From IMG/VR virus record IMGVR_UViG_3300045742_000023, positions 1 to 58,311 of that record: a stretch of DNA of 58,311 nt, one strand, 5' to 3'. The notes beneath the pieces were generated by a model. It made no database searches, was not told where the DNA came from, and worked only from the letters and a program-made list of their open reading frames with translations. The DNA is from a virus. Its lineage: Duplodnaviria; Caudoviricetes. The position numbers and the translations under genes are program-made. Shown here in pieces: positions 1 through 9,637 of this stretch (position 1 is the first letter of the stretch; every line of letters begins with the position of its first letter).

Positions 1-148
1 ACCGAAGCAAGAAGTACCTCATGAGAAGGTCAAGACTAAGCCTACTCAAAAAGATGTAGAGCAGGATAGTACTGTATTGGACGTAGAGAGTACCGATCCT
101 GTAGCAAGGTCTACGTTCTCTACAGCAATAGCAATGAAGAGCTATAGC
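1..148. repeat. Terminal direct repeat / circular assembly overlap, copy 1
   Basis: 1-148 is identical to 58164-58311 except T22 vs C58185 (CAT/CAC, synonymous His); the ORF reads through the junction. Confidence 0.95.
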
Positions 149-3100
149 TTACCGTTCGGTATCTCATTCCGTGGATCAGAGACGATAGCACGCTTCTTTC
201 ATAAGCTGCGTCCGTCTATGTACGGAGAACTGTACACACTCAAGCAGTCTATCTTCGGGGTAGAGACTCGCGGTATACAGTCTATTAAGGATGCATTCTC
301 AAAGGCTAACAAAGCTAACCGACAGATAATCCGTAAGCAAGCTAAGTCTATGCGCTCTGTAGTTAAGGATTTATCTAAACTAAAAGGCGCTATTAATCTG
401 CATTCTCACAAGATGGCGGATAACTGGAAGATAGCTCGTGGTATTCTTAAGGTGGACGGTAAGTACAAACAATATGATAAGACAACTGAGCACGCACTGA
501 ACTCCTACCTGCAAGGTACAAGCCTTGCTGATATCGAGGAAGCGTACGGCGTACGTATTCCACCAAGAGCAGTACCGTATCTTGATAAAATGATATTCCA
601 TATCAATCAGGTAGCGGCAGCAGGACTACAGTACGGTTCGTGGAAGAAGGATTCAACGCGAGGCTCTATTGTTGCGGGTCGTGCATACCTACATATGTCA
701 GCTAACGCTAAAGAACTGACTCCTGATACAGTGCGCTATGCTGTAGATGAGTTCATTCCTCTGGCTAAAGCTGCGTGGGATGTACCTACTACAGTAGAAG
801 AGCTGAATAGGCTCACTCCTAGGGAACTAGTATCTCTAATCAATGACACCTCGCATAACCTGTGGGCAGGTAAGCTAGGTAAACGTGCTGCTGATGGTGG
901 GGGTACTTCCCGTGGAGAACTCATATACTCCTTTAATGGAGTGGAGGTAGTTCTTGGTAAGTATCACGGTGAAAACAAGATAAGGATGAAGGATGTTAAG
1001 GCGCAGCTGAAAGAGGCTGCTAAAGACCCGACAGGCCAACAGACAGCCGCCTTAATTAATAAGCTGCGCGCTATTGTACGCTCAAACCTGCCTACTAATG
1101 ACGACGTGTATCGTATTGCTCTGTCTAATATAGTTCAGGGAGTTACTGCGCAGAGACGTAAAGGCTCTGACAGAGGTATGGGTGCTATCAAGTCACTGTC
1201 TAAGACCCGTGATGTACTGTTGTCAGATCATGACAAGGTAGAAGCAGCTTTAAGTAAGCTGGGCGCATTAGATAAAGATGCACGTACCTACATTAAAGAC
1301 AACAGAGAGAGGTTAGGTACGAGGGCATACCCCCTGTTCTTACAGGAGATGCAGGATAACTTCCCTAACCTGACAGATCGTATCAATATGCTGCGCTCAG
1401 AAGATGCGCTGAACTCACGTATGCGTATTGTAATGAATGAGTTAACAGATACGCAGAGCTTGCTTGGGCGTACTATAGGAGGTATAGCACAGACTGTGTA
1501 CTCCTCCAAGTACTTACTAGATCATTACACTATGGGTAAAGCTAATGGCTGGGCCGGTATAGCTGACTCAGGCGATGTTATTGATCCTAGCTGGGTACCT
1601 CTGGCACAGAAAGGTACAGCTCTTGGTGATACTACTTTCGTATTACCTAATGGTGTATTCAAGACTGGTGCTGATCTGCGTGTACCCAATACAGTAGCTA
1701 ATGTAATTCGTGAAGAGTTTAGGACTGATGCTGTAGACGAGCACGCATCTCGTGGCATGTTCCGCACAGGAGCTAGCTTGGTTAAGTACTGGCTGGTAGT
1801 ATGGAACCCTCTGGCTCTGGTACGTAATGCTGGTTCTACAGGTATGTTGCACGCCGCTGCTAGTGCCGGTGGTATAGGAACAGTACGTGCTCATCGAGTA
1901 GCGTTGGATACTGCTAGAGCGGAGTTCACTCGTTCCTTCGGTGAGCGTATTGAAGAAAGGGAGGCTACTAACCGTAAGTACTCTACTAACTTAGTTATGG
2001 AGGATATGATTGGTAGGGGTATCAAGTTCGATGGAGCTAAGTCTGGTGCTCTGTATGATCTACAGCGTAGTGGTTTACAGAGTGACGACGATACCAATCC
2101 AATTGAGTCTAGCTCTAACAAAGTAATGCGCTCACTCCGTAAGGGAGGGGCGCGGGTTAAGGGAGTGTTCGACGAAACTTTCCGTCTTGGCGACGAGGCA
2201 GTTAAAGTAGCAGGCTACCTGCAATTTGCAGCAGAGTACTTGGCTATCACTGGTAAAGAGAGCACTCTAGGTGTAGGCGAAAAGACTTCTAAGCACTTGT
2301 TGGATAAGTGGCTGGACGGAGACACGCTTACCGCTAAAGAAAAGGTAACTCTAGAGGAGACTTTAGAGTGGGCTGCTGAGAGCGTAATGCAGAGGTATCC
2401 TACCTTCTCTCGTGCTGCACCTATGATTAAGCTCCTTAGTAAGTCACCTGTATTCGGTGCCTTCCCTACGTTCCCTTACGAGGTAATGCGTAGCTCTGCT
2501 AATAACGTACTGTACTCCGCTAGCTTAGCTTATGGATCAGTCACTGGTACTATGTTTGATGGTACTAAGGTTAATAACAGAGCAGTTGGTATGATGACGG
2601 CGGGTCTTAGGTTGTCTACCCAAGGTGCTTTGTGGGGAGCAGGGATGTATTTCAGCTCTGTTGCTGCGCGGGGAGTTATGGACTGGTTGGGCTGGGACGA
2701 TCCAGAGGAAGAGAAAGCTAGTATGCTTGGAGGAGTATCGGAGGTAGCACATACAACCTACCAAGCTAAGACACGGGGTTTGCTTCCCTCTTATATGAGA
2801 GGTGGGTTAGCTACAGTATCAAGAATTGCGGAAGATGCTCAATCCTACTTCGTTACTGATATTGGTTACGCCGTACCTACAGGTAGTATACTTGAGGCTG
2901 TGATGAGGGCTAACGAGTCCCTAGCTAAGGCTATGCGTACTGGAGATCATAACGTAATCAGTGCTACAGCGCTGGCTGTGAAGGAAACCATCAGTTCTCT
3001 GTTCTTACAGGACGAGGTATTGGTAGGAGCTTTCCTCAAGCGTATGGATATTACTGATCCTACATCTTATCAGGATGAGCGTTGGCTCAAGAAGATGGGT

Positions 3101-3811
3101 GATAATATACAACGATGGATAGTGCAGGGAGATATTAAGTCCCCGGCTATTGAGGAGGCCAGTACCTCAAGACGAGCGCTAGGCGCTATAGCAGGTACTC
3201 TGGTTAACCATAACCCTTTAGCAGAGAGCTTAGCACAGGCGGAGAAGCTGGGTCTCTGGTTGCTAGAGAATATGTCAGATGAGGAAGCAGCTGATCCTAA
3301 GACGGACACCTTCATACGCGGATTGTTCCACGCAGCAGGGTACAAAGAACGTCAAATAACTACGGACGATTGGGCTAGGAGTTTCAAGCGAGATGCTACT
3401 AATATGCAAACCGCTACAGACCGTATGCTTAAAGCTTTAACTAAAGCTGAGTACAAGGACTATGATGAGTTCAAGGCTACCTTCGACGCGTACAACTCCA
3501 TGCGTAGAGATCATTTCAATACGCTGCATAACTCTATCCAAGGAATGAAGCATGTAGTTGGTACCTCTAACGAGGATATAGTTAAGGTGCTGCGTAAAGT
3601 AAACGTAAAAACTAGGGCAGGTAATCATGATCTAAATCATATAGCTGCTGGTTATTACTACGCTCCAGACGTTCAGGCTTTTCTTGATCGTTTAAATAGT
3701 AGTTATAATAGTGAAGCTACTACTGCCGTAAGTAAGGAAGAGGGTATCCAGAAATACAACTGGTATATACAGGCAAGACAGGAGGCAGGAGTAAACAAAG
3801 ATGATTATTAA
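1..3811 (+). CDS. C-terminal part of giant internal virion/ejection protein (continues from 53635 across the junction; ~2779 aa total)
   Basis: ORF 77..3811 is in frame with the open frame from ATG 53635 through the overlap; last large gene of the virion module. Confidence 0.75.
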   Translation, partial: PKQEVPHEKVKTKPTQKDVEQDSTVLDVESTDPVARSTFSTAIAMKSYSLPFGISFRGSETIARFFHKLRPSMYGELYTLKQSIFGVETRGIQSIKDAFSKANKANRQIIRKQAKSMRSVVKDLSKLKGAINLHSHKMADNWKIARGILKVDGKYKQYDKTTEHALNSYLQGTSLADIEEAYGVRIPPRAVPYLDKMIFHINQVAAAGLQYGSWKKDSTRGSIVAGRAYLHMSANAKELTPDTVRYAVDEFIPLAKAAWDVPTTVEELNRLTPRELVSLINDTSHNLWAGKLGKRAADGGGTSRGELIYSFNGVEVVLGKYHGENKIRMKDVKAQLKEAAKDPTGQQTAALINKLRAIVRSNLPTNDDVYRIALSNIVQGVTAQRRKGSDRGMGAIKSLSKTRDVLLSDHDKVEAALSKLGALDKDARTYIKDNRERLGTRAYPLFLQEMQDNFPNLTDRINMLRSEDALNSRMRIVMNELTDTQSLLGRTIGGIAQTVYSSKYLLDHYTMGKANGWAGIADSGDVIDPSWVPLAQKGTALGDTTFVLPNGVFKTGADLRVPNTVANVIREEFRTDAVDEHASRGMFRTGASLVKYWLVVWNPLALVRNAGSTGMLHAAASAGGIGTVRAHRVALDTARAEFTRSFGERIEEREATNRKYSTNLVMEDMIGRGIKFDGAKSGALYDLQRSGLQSDDDTNPIESSSNKVMRSLRKGGARVKGVFDETFRLGDEAVKVAGYLQFAAEYLAITGKESTLGVGEKTSKHLLDKWLDGDTLTAKEKVTLEETLEWAAESVMQRYPTFSRAAPMIKLLSKSPVFGAFPTFPYEVMRSSANNVLYSASLAYGSVTGTMFDGTKVNNRAVGMMTAGLRLSTQGALWGAGMYFSSVAARGVMDWLGWDDPEEEKASMLGGVSEVAHTTYQAKTRGLLPSYMRGGLATVSRIAEDAQSYFVTDIGYAVPTGSILEAVMRANESLAKAMRTGDHNVISATALAVKETISSLFLQDEVLVGAFLKRMDITDPTSYQDERWLKKMGDNIQRWIVQGDIKSPAIEEASTSRRALGAIAGTLVNHNPLAESLAQAEKLGLWLLENMSDEEAADPKTDTFIRGLFHAAGYKERQITTDDWARSFKRDATNMQTATDRMLKALTKAEYKDYDEFKATFDAYNSMRRDHFNTLHNSIQGMKHVVGTSNEDIVKVLRKVNVKTRAGNHDLNHIAAGYYYAPDVQAFLDRLNSSYNSEATTAVSKEEGIQKYNWYIQARQEAGVNKDDY

Positions 3812-4097
3812 TTCGCCAGTATTCAAAGATGCTAGGCTTCGGGGTAAGTACCGAGAGTTCCTGCAAAGTAAGAGAGCTAACAGACATAACGTACCGGGAC
3901 AAGACCATAACCGTGCTGGTCAAGGCGTATCTGCTATGCTAGGCAAGCGTACCGATACCTATACCAACAGACCTAGGTATACTGTAGGTCAACACTATCA
4001 ACAACATTACCGTAACAGAGCTACGGAACAGGCAGGTCCCGGTAGACCCGCTGCTCCTGCTGCTCCAGTACTGGCGGGAACGCCAAGGAAGTATTAA
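3801..4097 (+). CDS. Basic low-complexity hypothetical protein
   Basis: 98 aa, R/Q/G/P-rich, overlaps previous stop, GGAG upstream. Confidence 0.6.
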   Translation: MIINSPVFKDARLRGKYREFLQSKRANRHNVPGQDHNRAGQGVSAMLGKRTDTYTNRPRYTVGQHYQQHYRNRATEQAGPGRPAAPAAPVLAGTPRKY

Positions 4098-4100
4098 ACT

Positions 4101-4676
4101 ATGCCTAATTTCTCCTCACGATATGCCTCCTTTATCGGAGGCGGACAACAACGCCCCTCTTCACAAGCGCAGTGGGGTCGGCACCCATCAGGTTCTTCTG
4201 GTCCTACTAATGGAGGGACGGGTATGATTGGTGGGGTTCCTTCGGGTCCTCATCCAGCCGCACCTCCTCCCCAAGGAGTAACTCAAGGAAGGCCTCCCCA
4301 GCAGGACCCGTACCAGCAAATTCAGCAGAATATCCTGAATGGCAACGGAACTACGGGCGATTATATGAAACTGTGGAGGCAGCAGAACGGATCGACTCTT
4401 CCGGCTGCATCGCCTCCTCCGGGAGGATTGAGCGTGCCTCAGTACCCTCCCTCGATGATAGCACCACGTGATCCTCGTCTAGGCGTACCTACTATGCCGC
4501 AGTCACCCCCGCGTATACCCTACAGTGGTTTCAGGAATAACAGGCTGAGGTCTATGTTTGGTATGAGGCCCGGTGGTATGCAAAGACCGCCTAGCCGATA
4601 CAAATGGAATCCAGTACAAGGCCTACCAATCAACGCGGCTACTTACCAAAACTATATCTTAGGAGGAGGTCAGTAA
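4101..4676 (+). CDS. Pro/Gly/Gln-rich disordered protein
   Basis: 191 aa, almost no acidic residues, tightly packed in operon. Confidence 0.7.
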   Translation: MPNFSSRYASFIGGGQQRPSSQAQWGRHPSGSSGPTNGGTGMIGGVPSGPHPAAPPPQGVTQGRPPQQDPYQQIQQNILNGNGTTGDYMKLWRQQNGSTLPAASPPPGGLSVPQYPPSMIAPRDPRLGVPTMPQSPPRIPYSGFRNNRLRSMFGMRPGGMQRPPSRYKWNPVQGLPINAATYQNYILGGGQ

Positions 4677-4677
4677 C

Positions 4678-5985
4678 ATGGGTTATGTATACACTAATCA
4701 AGGCATGAAGTGGGTTGATGACCCACCTAAAGAAGAGCAGTTCGGCTCCGATGAATGGGTAGCTAAGAACTTTCCTGAGTATGTGGGTCTGAAGGACTCC
4801 GTTAAGGTTACTGTCCCAAGTGATGGTAGTAACGGTATCACTGGCTTCACTAGTACCAAGCGACTAGGCAACGCTGCTACTGAAATGATTAAGCCATGGG
4901 AATCTCATGGATTCCGCGAGGCTTGGTTGGCGGCAGATGATGACGAGCGTGCTACTCTAGCCGCGTCGGTTAACTACTACCAGAACGGTGGTAAGTCAAC
5001 TAACGGCAACCCAATAGTAGACCCCGCCGTATTTAGGGATATGCAGTACGCTGGAGAAGACCCACAGACAGGGGCTATCGTAGTTAAGAATAACTTTGGT
5101 ACTTATACAGGAGGCGTACCTCCAGCAGGTGCTAACCGTGATAGAGGTAAAGGCTCTGAGTACGGTATTAACGGAGGGTTTGTAGGAAGAGACCCACAAG
5201 GCAATGCTGTAAACAAACAGGATACCTTCTGGCATTACACACAGAAAGACTTTAGTCCAGAGGGTACTCATAGTGGCGGTACTGGTATGTTCGTTCCGGG
5301 CTACTACGATATCGTTACTCGTCTAGGTATACTGGATGAGAATCCTACGCACAGTAACCGCTGGACTAAGGATAACTCAAGCTCTCTTTATGATGGCATG
5401 AAGCTAGGTACTAGCGTATATGGTAAGTGGGGCTTTGTTGATTGGGAATCTACGCGAGTCTTTAATGAGAACGATGGAGCAAGGCCTCCCTCTAATAACC
5501 AGCCACCTCCGTCTAGTACCCCACCTCCAATAGGAGGCGGTAACAATCCTCCTCCGGGCGGGGGTAACGAACCCCCTTTTCCGGGAGGGCCTCAACCGAC
5601 AGGCCCACAACCAACGCCGGGAACCAATCCAGCAACTCACGGGCCGGGGACACGTCCTCCGCTGGACTACGGACCAGCCCCGTTCAACCCGTATCCTCCC
5701 GGATACGATCCTTATGGAGGCGGTGGGTACAGTGGCTACGGTCACGAGGCTGGTGAGTATAGACAGCCTGTGTTTGGCGGAGATAGTCGATGGTCTAACA
5801 TGTACCAAGACTTCCTTGGACAGGGTATTGATATAAGTAAGTACGCTCCTGAGCTAGGAGGTAGCGCTTCATCACAGCAGCAAGCTCCTCCGTCAACTCA
5901 GTCCTCGGCTACTGATGTGCCTGCTACTACGGCACCGGCAGAGTACTACGACTACTATGCAAAGTATATAAACAGACCGCACTAA
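4678..5985 (+). CDS. Hypothetical protein with Pro/Gly/Tyr-rich C-terminal half
   Basis: 435 aa, strong AGGAGG RBS, ends just before terminator. Confidence 0.75.
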   Translation: MGYVYTNQGMKWVDDPPKEEQFGSDEWVAKNFPEYVGLKDSVKVTVPSDGSNGITGFTSTKRLGNAATEMIKPWESHGFREAWLAADDDERATLAASVNYYQNGGKSTNGNPIVDPAVFRDMQYAGEDPQTGAIVVKNNFGTYTGGVPPAGANRDRGKGSEYGINGGFVGRDPQGNAVNKQDTFWHYTQKDFSPEGTHSGGTGMFVPGYYDIVTRLGILDENPTHSNRWTKDNSSSLYDGMKLGTSVYGKWGFVDWESTRVFNENDGARPPSNNQPPPSSTPPPIGGGNNPPPGGGNEPPFPGGPQPTGPQPTPGTNPATHGPGTRPPLDYGPAPFNPYPPGYDPYGGGGYSGYGHEAGEYRQPVFGGDSRWSNMYQDFLGQGIDISKYAPELGGSASSQQQAPPSTQSSATDVPATTAPAEYYDYYAKYINRPH

Positions 5986-6003
5986 AGTAGCGTAGTACTA
6001 AAA

Positions 6004-6048
6004 CAAGAAAGCCCGGCCCGGAGTGATCCGAGTCGGGCTTTTTTCTTG
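6004..6048. terminator. Bidirectional rho-independent terminator between the two converging arms
   Basis: AAGAAA-GCCCGGCCCGGA-GTGA-TCCGAGTCGGGC-TTTTTT between convergent ORFs. Confidence 0.85.
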
Positions 6049-6074
6049 CTTACTAACTGATGAGGTATTACTAG

Positions 6075-6440
6075 TTAATCTACGTTACAGTAAACGACCT
6101 CCAAGTGCTTACCGTATTGCTTAGCTAGATCGAAGGAGTGTGCAGTTCCTTTGGATTTACCATCCCAGAAGGCAACCCCAGCATCAGCTTCCTTCCATAT
6201 ATCGACATTACGTTTAAAGCCAGCGGACTTGTCGAACACTCCGTTAACTCTCCACTTAGGTCGAATCTCTATAAGGGAAAGTCCATTCTCCTTAGCGAAC
6301 TCAGCTGCTATACTATCTACTCCCTTTGCTCCGCCTGATACGATGGTGAGGTCGTCATGCGCAGAGTAGTAGTCTTTCAGCGTAGAGAATATCCTTCTCC
6401 TATCAGTGATACTTCGTGAGCCAACAACAGCCAGCTTCAC
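6075..6440 (-). CDS. SLOG-family (YspA/DUF2493-like) nucleotide-binding protein
   Basis: VVGSR, IVSGGAKGVD, AGFKRN, FWDGKSKGT motifs. Confidence 0.8.
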   Translation of the reverse strand: MKLAVVGSRSITDRRRIFSTLKDYYSAHDDLTIVSGGAKGVDSIAAEFAKENGLSLIEIRPKWRVNGVFDKSAGFKRNVDIWKEADAGVAFWDGKSKGTAHSFDLAKQYGKHLEVVYCNVD

Positions 6441-6661
6441 GATATTTCACCAGTCCTTTTATACCTGTTGTTCAGGTACTCTCGGTACTCCTCTACTCTC
6501 ATAGACAGCATCTCCTTGCGCAGAAGATTGAGGAGATCATTATCGTATACCATCGTACCTCCCCACTCCTTCTGTCTATGTGCTATAAGTTCTTCGGAAC
6601 TCATACGCATAGGGTCTTTAGCTACTTTGTTTCTTCGTGTCTCTATCTTAGGATGCATCAT
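6437..6661 (-). CDS. Hypothetical protein
   Basis: 74 aa, AAGGAG RBS, coupled to next gene. Confidence 0.6.
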   Translation of the reverse strand: MMHPKIETRRNKVAKDPMRMSSEELIAHRQKEWGGTMVYDNDLLNLLRKEMLSMRVEEYREYLNNRYKRTGEIS

Positions 6662-6670
6662 CCTTCTCCT

Positions 6671-7660
6671 TTAAATTGCCTTGACTAGCAACGCTGCACG
6701 CTTAGCAGGTTCAAGGAGAGTTCTCCTAGACCTAGCGGTAGCACCGCAGTCACCACAACGATACACACTGAACAGTCCTGTAGTAGTCTGTACTTGCTTG
6801 TCTGTTAGTTCCATGTTCTGACTGCCGCATACTGTGCAGTTAACATGCTCACCATCAGCTAGCCTTACAGCTACGTTAGGATGTAAGTGATCCCAAGAGC
6901 GTATAGCTTTGTATACCTCTTCTAATTTCTCTACGTCAGCAATGTTATAAGTAATTAACTTATCCCATGCTTCCTTGACACCGGCTACACACTGTCGCCA
7001 AGTCTCAAATCCCCCACTATCATCCTTGCCATACCCGAACAACTGCTTGAGTATGAAGTCCAGACGATTGCTATCAAAAGCAAAGGTACGCTTAACGATC
7101 TTAAGAGTATCAATCTTCTTGAAGGGGCTGGGTGGTTGCAGGCCTGCTAGCAAGAACCTTGTATTAAGATGCTTGATATCAAACCTATCGCCATTATGCG
7201 CCACTACAAACTCTGCTTCGTCTAGCAAGTTCCAGATGTTTGTGAGCATACGATGATCGTCCTCCGTTCCCGGAGTATAGTTATCATTGTATATCAGTGC
7301 ATCATGGTAGGTCTCGTCTGCGTCCAACCACTTAGCTGCCCACGATAGGATGTACGTGGTACTCTCCTGCATATCTGGGTTAACGTACTTAGCCCACAAG
7401 GACCACAGGTAAGATAGCATTGGAGCCGTTTCAATATCCAAGATAAGAATCTTCGGCTTAGCTAACTCTCCTGTGTGCCCGTCTGCTGCGGCTAACTCCA
7501 GAACCTTCTTCATGGTGTAGTCTACAGAACGCCTAGGCAAACCTAAGGCTTCTGCTGTCTTCCTATTTGAATCGTGCTTGATACGTTCCCGAACGATAGT
7601 TTGTTCTCTATCAGTCGAAGCGTAATTCAGCAGGATCATACTCATCTGTGCTGTACTCAT
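6671..7660 (-). CDS. RNase H-like/DnaQ-type 3'-5' exonuclease with N-terminal HTH-like segment and C-terminal Zn ribbon
   Basis: ILDIET, VAHNGDRFD, YNIADV motifs; CTVCG...CGDCG; start placed at ATG 7660 behind GAGG. Confidence 0.8.
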   Translation of the reverse strand: MSTAQMSMILLNYASTDREQTIVRERIKHDSNRKTAEALGLPRRSVDYTMKKVLELAAADGHTGELAKPKILILDIETAPMLSYLWSLWAKYVNPDMQESTTYILSWAAKWLDADETYHDALIYNDNYTPGTEDDHRMLTNIWNLLDEAEFVVAHNGDRFDIKHLNTRFLLAGLQPPSPFKKIDTLKIVKRTFAFDSNRLDFILKQLFGYGKDDSGGFETWRQCVAGVKEAWDKLITYNIADVEKLEEVYKAIRSWDHLHPNVAVRLADGEHVNCTVCGSQNMELTDKQVQTTTGLFSVYRCGDCGATARSRRTLLEPAKRAALLVKAI

Positions 7661-7877
7661 CAAAGTCTTCCTCTTCTGTATGCCGAGGCGGAATACCCAC
7701 AGCACTTGTTATGATTTCAATGGAACTATTAATCAAGTCGATAGACTCAGAGCTAAACAAGAAGATATCGTTATGATCTTCACAGAACTCCAACTCTTGC
7801 TTAGCTTCCTCTAACGCCTGTAAGATGTGATACAAGTCCACTCTAGACACTTCAAGTATACCTCCTATCCCCATCAC
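7611..7877 (-). CDS. Acidic hypothetical protein
   Basis: 88 aa, overlaps neighbours in operon. Confidence 0.55.
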   Translation of the reverse strand: MMGIGGILEVSRVDLYHILQALEEAKQELEFCEDHNDIFLFSSESIDLINSSIEIITSAVGIPPRHTEEEDFDEYSTDEYDPAELRFD

Positions 7878-8476
7878 GTCACCTTCCTGAACGCTGCGTC
7901 CTTGATAATATCAACAAGGTCCATAGCGTTTACCTCAAGTGCCTTGATACTATCATCATTAAAGATAGTATAATGCACAAACTGATCGTCAACGCCGTTC
8001 TCCGATGCATGTTTACGTATTTCTCCTGCGTCTTTCCTCTCGATTCGTATAACAATATCGCAGAGTTTCTCTGCTTCATTGTCAAAGCGTATGTCTGGTA
8101 TCAATACTATACGAGGTATATCTAGATCACCTTCATAAGCGTTGACCATGCCTTTCATACACTCGATCCAGAGGTCCTCATGGATCATGTTACGTCCCCA
8201 ATCAGTTCCTAGGGTTTGCAGTATCTTGCGTGGACTAGCATTAATTCCCTCAACAATAACTTCCTTTAACTCCCCGTCCACCATAGACACTATAGCTTCC
8301 TCTGCATCATAACCCATATGCCAGAACAGATGGCTTACCATAGTCTTCATAGGAGAGGCCATAGACAGTTTGTGTACTACTACAGCATACGGCTGTAGAT
8401 GTTCTTGTATAATACTGGCTAACGTATCTTTACCTGACCTAGCCTTACCAGTAATACCTACTACTAAAGTCTTCAT
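7874..8476 (-). CDS. Deoxynucleoside monophosphate kinase (T4 gp1/T5 dNMP kinase-like)
   Basis: GITGKARSGKDT P-loop, PRKILQTLGTDWGR, DIRFDNE, HASE. Confidence 0.88.
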   Translation of the reverse strand: MKTLVVGITGKARSGKDTLASIIQEHLQPYAVVVHKLSMASPMKTMVSHLFWHMGYDAEEAIVSMVDGELKEVIVEGINASPRKILQTLGTDWGRNMIHEDLWIECMKGMVNAYEGDLDIPRIVLIPDIRFDNEAEKLCDIVIRIERKDAGEIRKHASENGVDDQFVHYTIFNDDSIKALEVNAMDLVDIIKDAAFRKVT

Positions 8477-9204
8477 TGCTTGCTACTCCCTGTAAGAATC
8501 TCTACCAACTCCGCAGCCTGCTCATCAGTAGCTTCCATCTCCAGAGGACCTGCGTCTACGTCGTCAGGGAACCAGCGCTTAGTAAGGTTATCCAGATTGA
8601 GATGCTCTGCTCCTTTTAGCTGATCGTATCTTTCCAAGAAAGCGTACATAGGCGCATACCACCACTGATCGTGCTCGTTAGCTGCGTGTAACCAAGCACT
8701 CTCTACGTCAGGATGGTACACACCCGCCCTACCAAACCCGAAGCACTCATGCTCCAGCAGTTTCTGATCGGCTTCTCTTACAGACCTGCACTTAACGTAC
8801 TGTTCCTTACCGTCTACGTTTAGACGCTCATGCAAACAGCCTACACCCTGCATGATAGTACTGGTTACTTGACAGTCCAGCGCCTCAATCGCAGGGAACA
8901 AGGCCTTGACAGGCCAGATAATATCGCCAAGCAGGGCTTCACCTGCGTCGTGTAGCAATGCTTCTAGCGCATCCTGCTCTGGGACTAAGTGTGACATTAC
9001 GATACAATGATGGGCTACTGTGTAGTCCTCTCTGATGTGACCGCCATACCGAAGGGTACGTCCTAAGCCCCATGCAATATCCTCAATCTCTACATCATCA
9101 GGAGTCATTGTCAGTACATTGTAATGACGACCTCCTAGTACTGTTACTATACCCGGAGTACGCAATGAGCCTCCAACTGCTACGTGTGTGTTACTTATAT
9201 TCAT
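8473..9204 (-). CDS. HD-domain phosphohydrolase (YfdR/YfbR-like 5'-deoxynucleotidase)
   Basis: IEDIA..L....RYGGH...YTVAHH...ALLHDAGEA. Confidence 0.82.
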   Translation of the reverse strand: MNISNTHVAVGGSLRTPGIVTVLGGRHYNVLTMTPDDVEIEDIAWGLGRTLRYGGHIREDYTVAHHCIVMSHLVPEQDALEALLHDAGEALLGDIIWPVKALFPAIEALDCQVTSTIMQGVGCLHERLNVDGKEQYVKCRSVREADQKLLEHECFGFGRAGVYHPDVESAWLHAANEHDQWWYAPMYAFLERYDQLKGAEHLNLDNLTKRWFPDDVDAGPLEMEATDEQAAELVEILTGSSKQ

Positions 9205-9637
9205 TTATCCATTCCTCAGGTACTTGTTTACCTATAGCGTATTTGATTCCTCGTCTCTCGCACCATGCGGAGTAACGGGTTTTACTATTCTTTGATATGA
9301 GATTATCTTGTTCGAACAGCAGTCTTATATCTAGATCAGGGTGCTGCTCAATAACCTCACTCATCTTTCTTCTATCAGCCGCAGTCCATAGACCTTTAAT
9401 CTCTACGATTAGTTCCCCTATACATAGGTCAGGAGTGTATCTTCTAGTCTTTGCTGGCTCTACGAATATGATAGTCTTTGCTTCGTACTCAAATTTAATC
9501 TTTCGTTTCTTTAAGTCTTGGGCTACATCAGCCTCTAGCCATGAACGATACGGAGGGGGTGGAGCTAGTCTCTTTCCCCTACGCTCTTCAAGGGGTAGGT
9601 ACTTCTTCGCCTGCTTCCCGTAGCGCTTTCTCGGCAT
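9191..9637 (-). CDS. Endonuclease I / Holliday junction resolvase (T7 gp3-like)
   Basis: YRSWLE, FEYE, YTPD, VEIKG...DRRK, HPDLDIR, YSAWCE. Confidence 0.9.
   Translation of the reverse strand: MPRKRYGKQAKKYLPLEERRGKRLAPPPPYRSWLEADVAQDLKKRKIKFEYEAKTIIFVEPAKTRRYTPDLCIGELIVEIKGLWTAADRRKMSEVIEQHPDLDIRLLFEQDNLISKNSKTRYSAWCERRGIKYAIGKQVPEEWINEYK

Noticed and set aside
1-148. Biological direct terminal repeat of the virion DNA
   Set aside because: It interrupts a continuous ORF; an assembler circular overlap is more parsimonious
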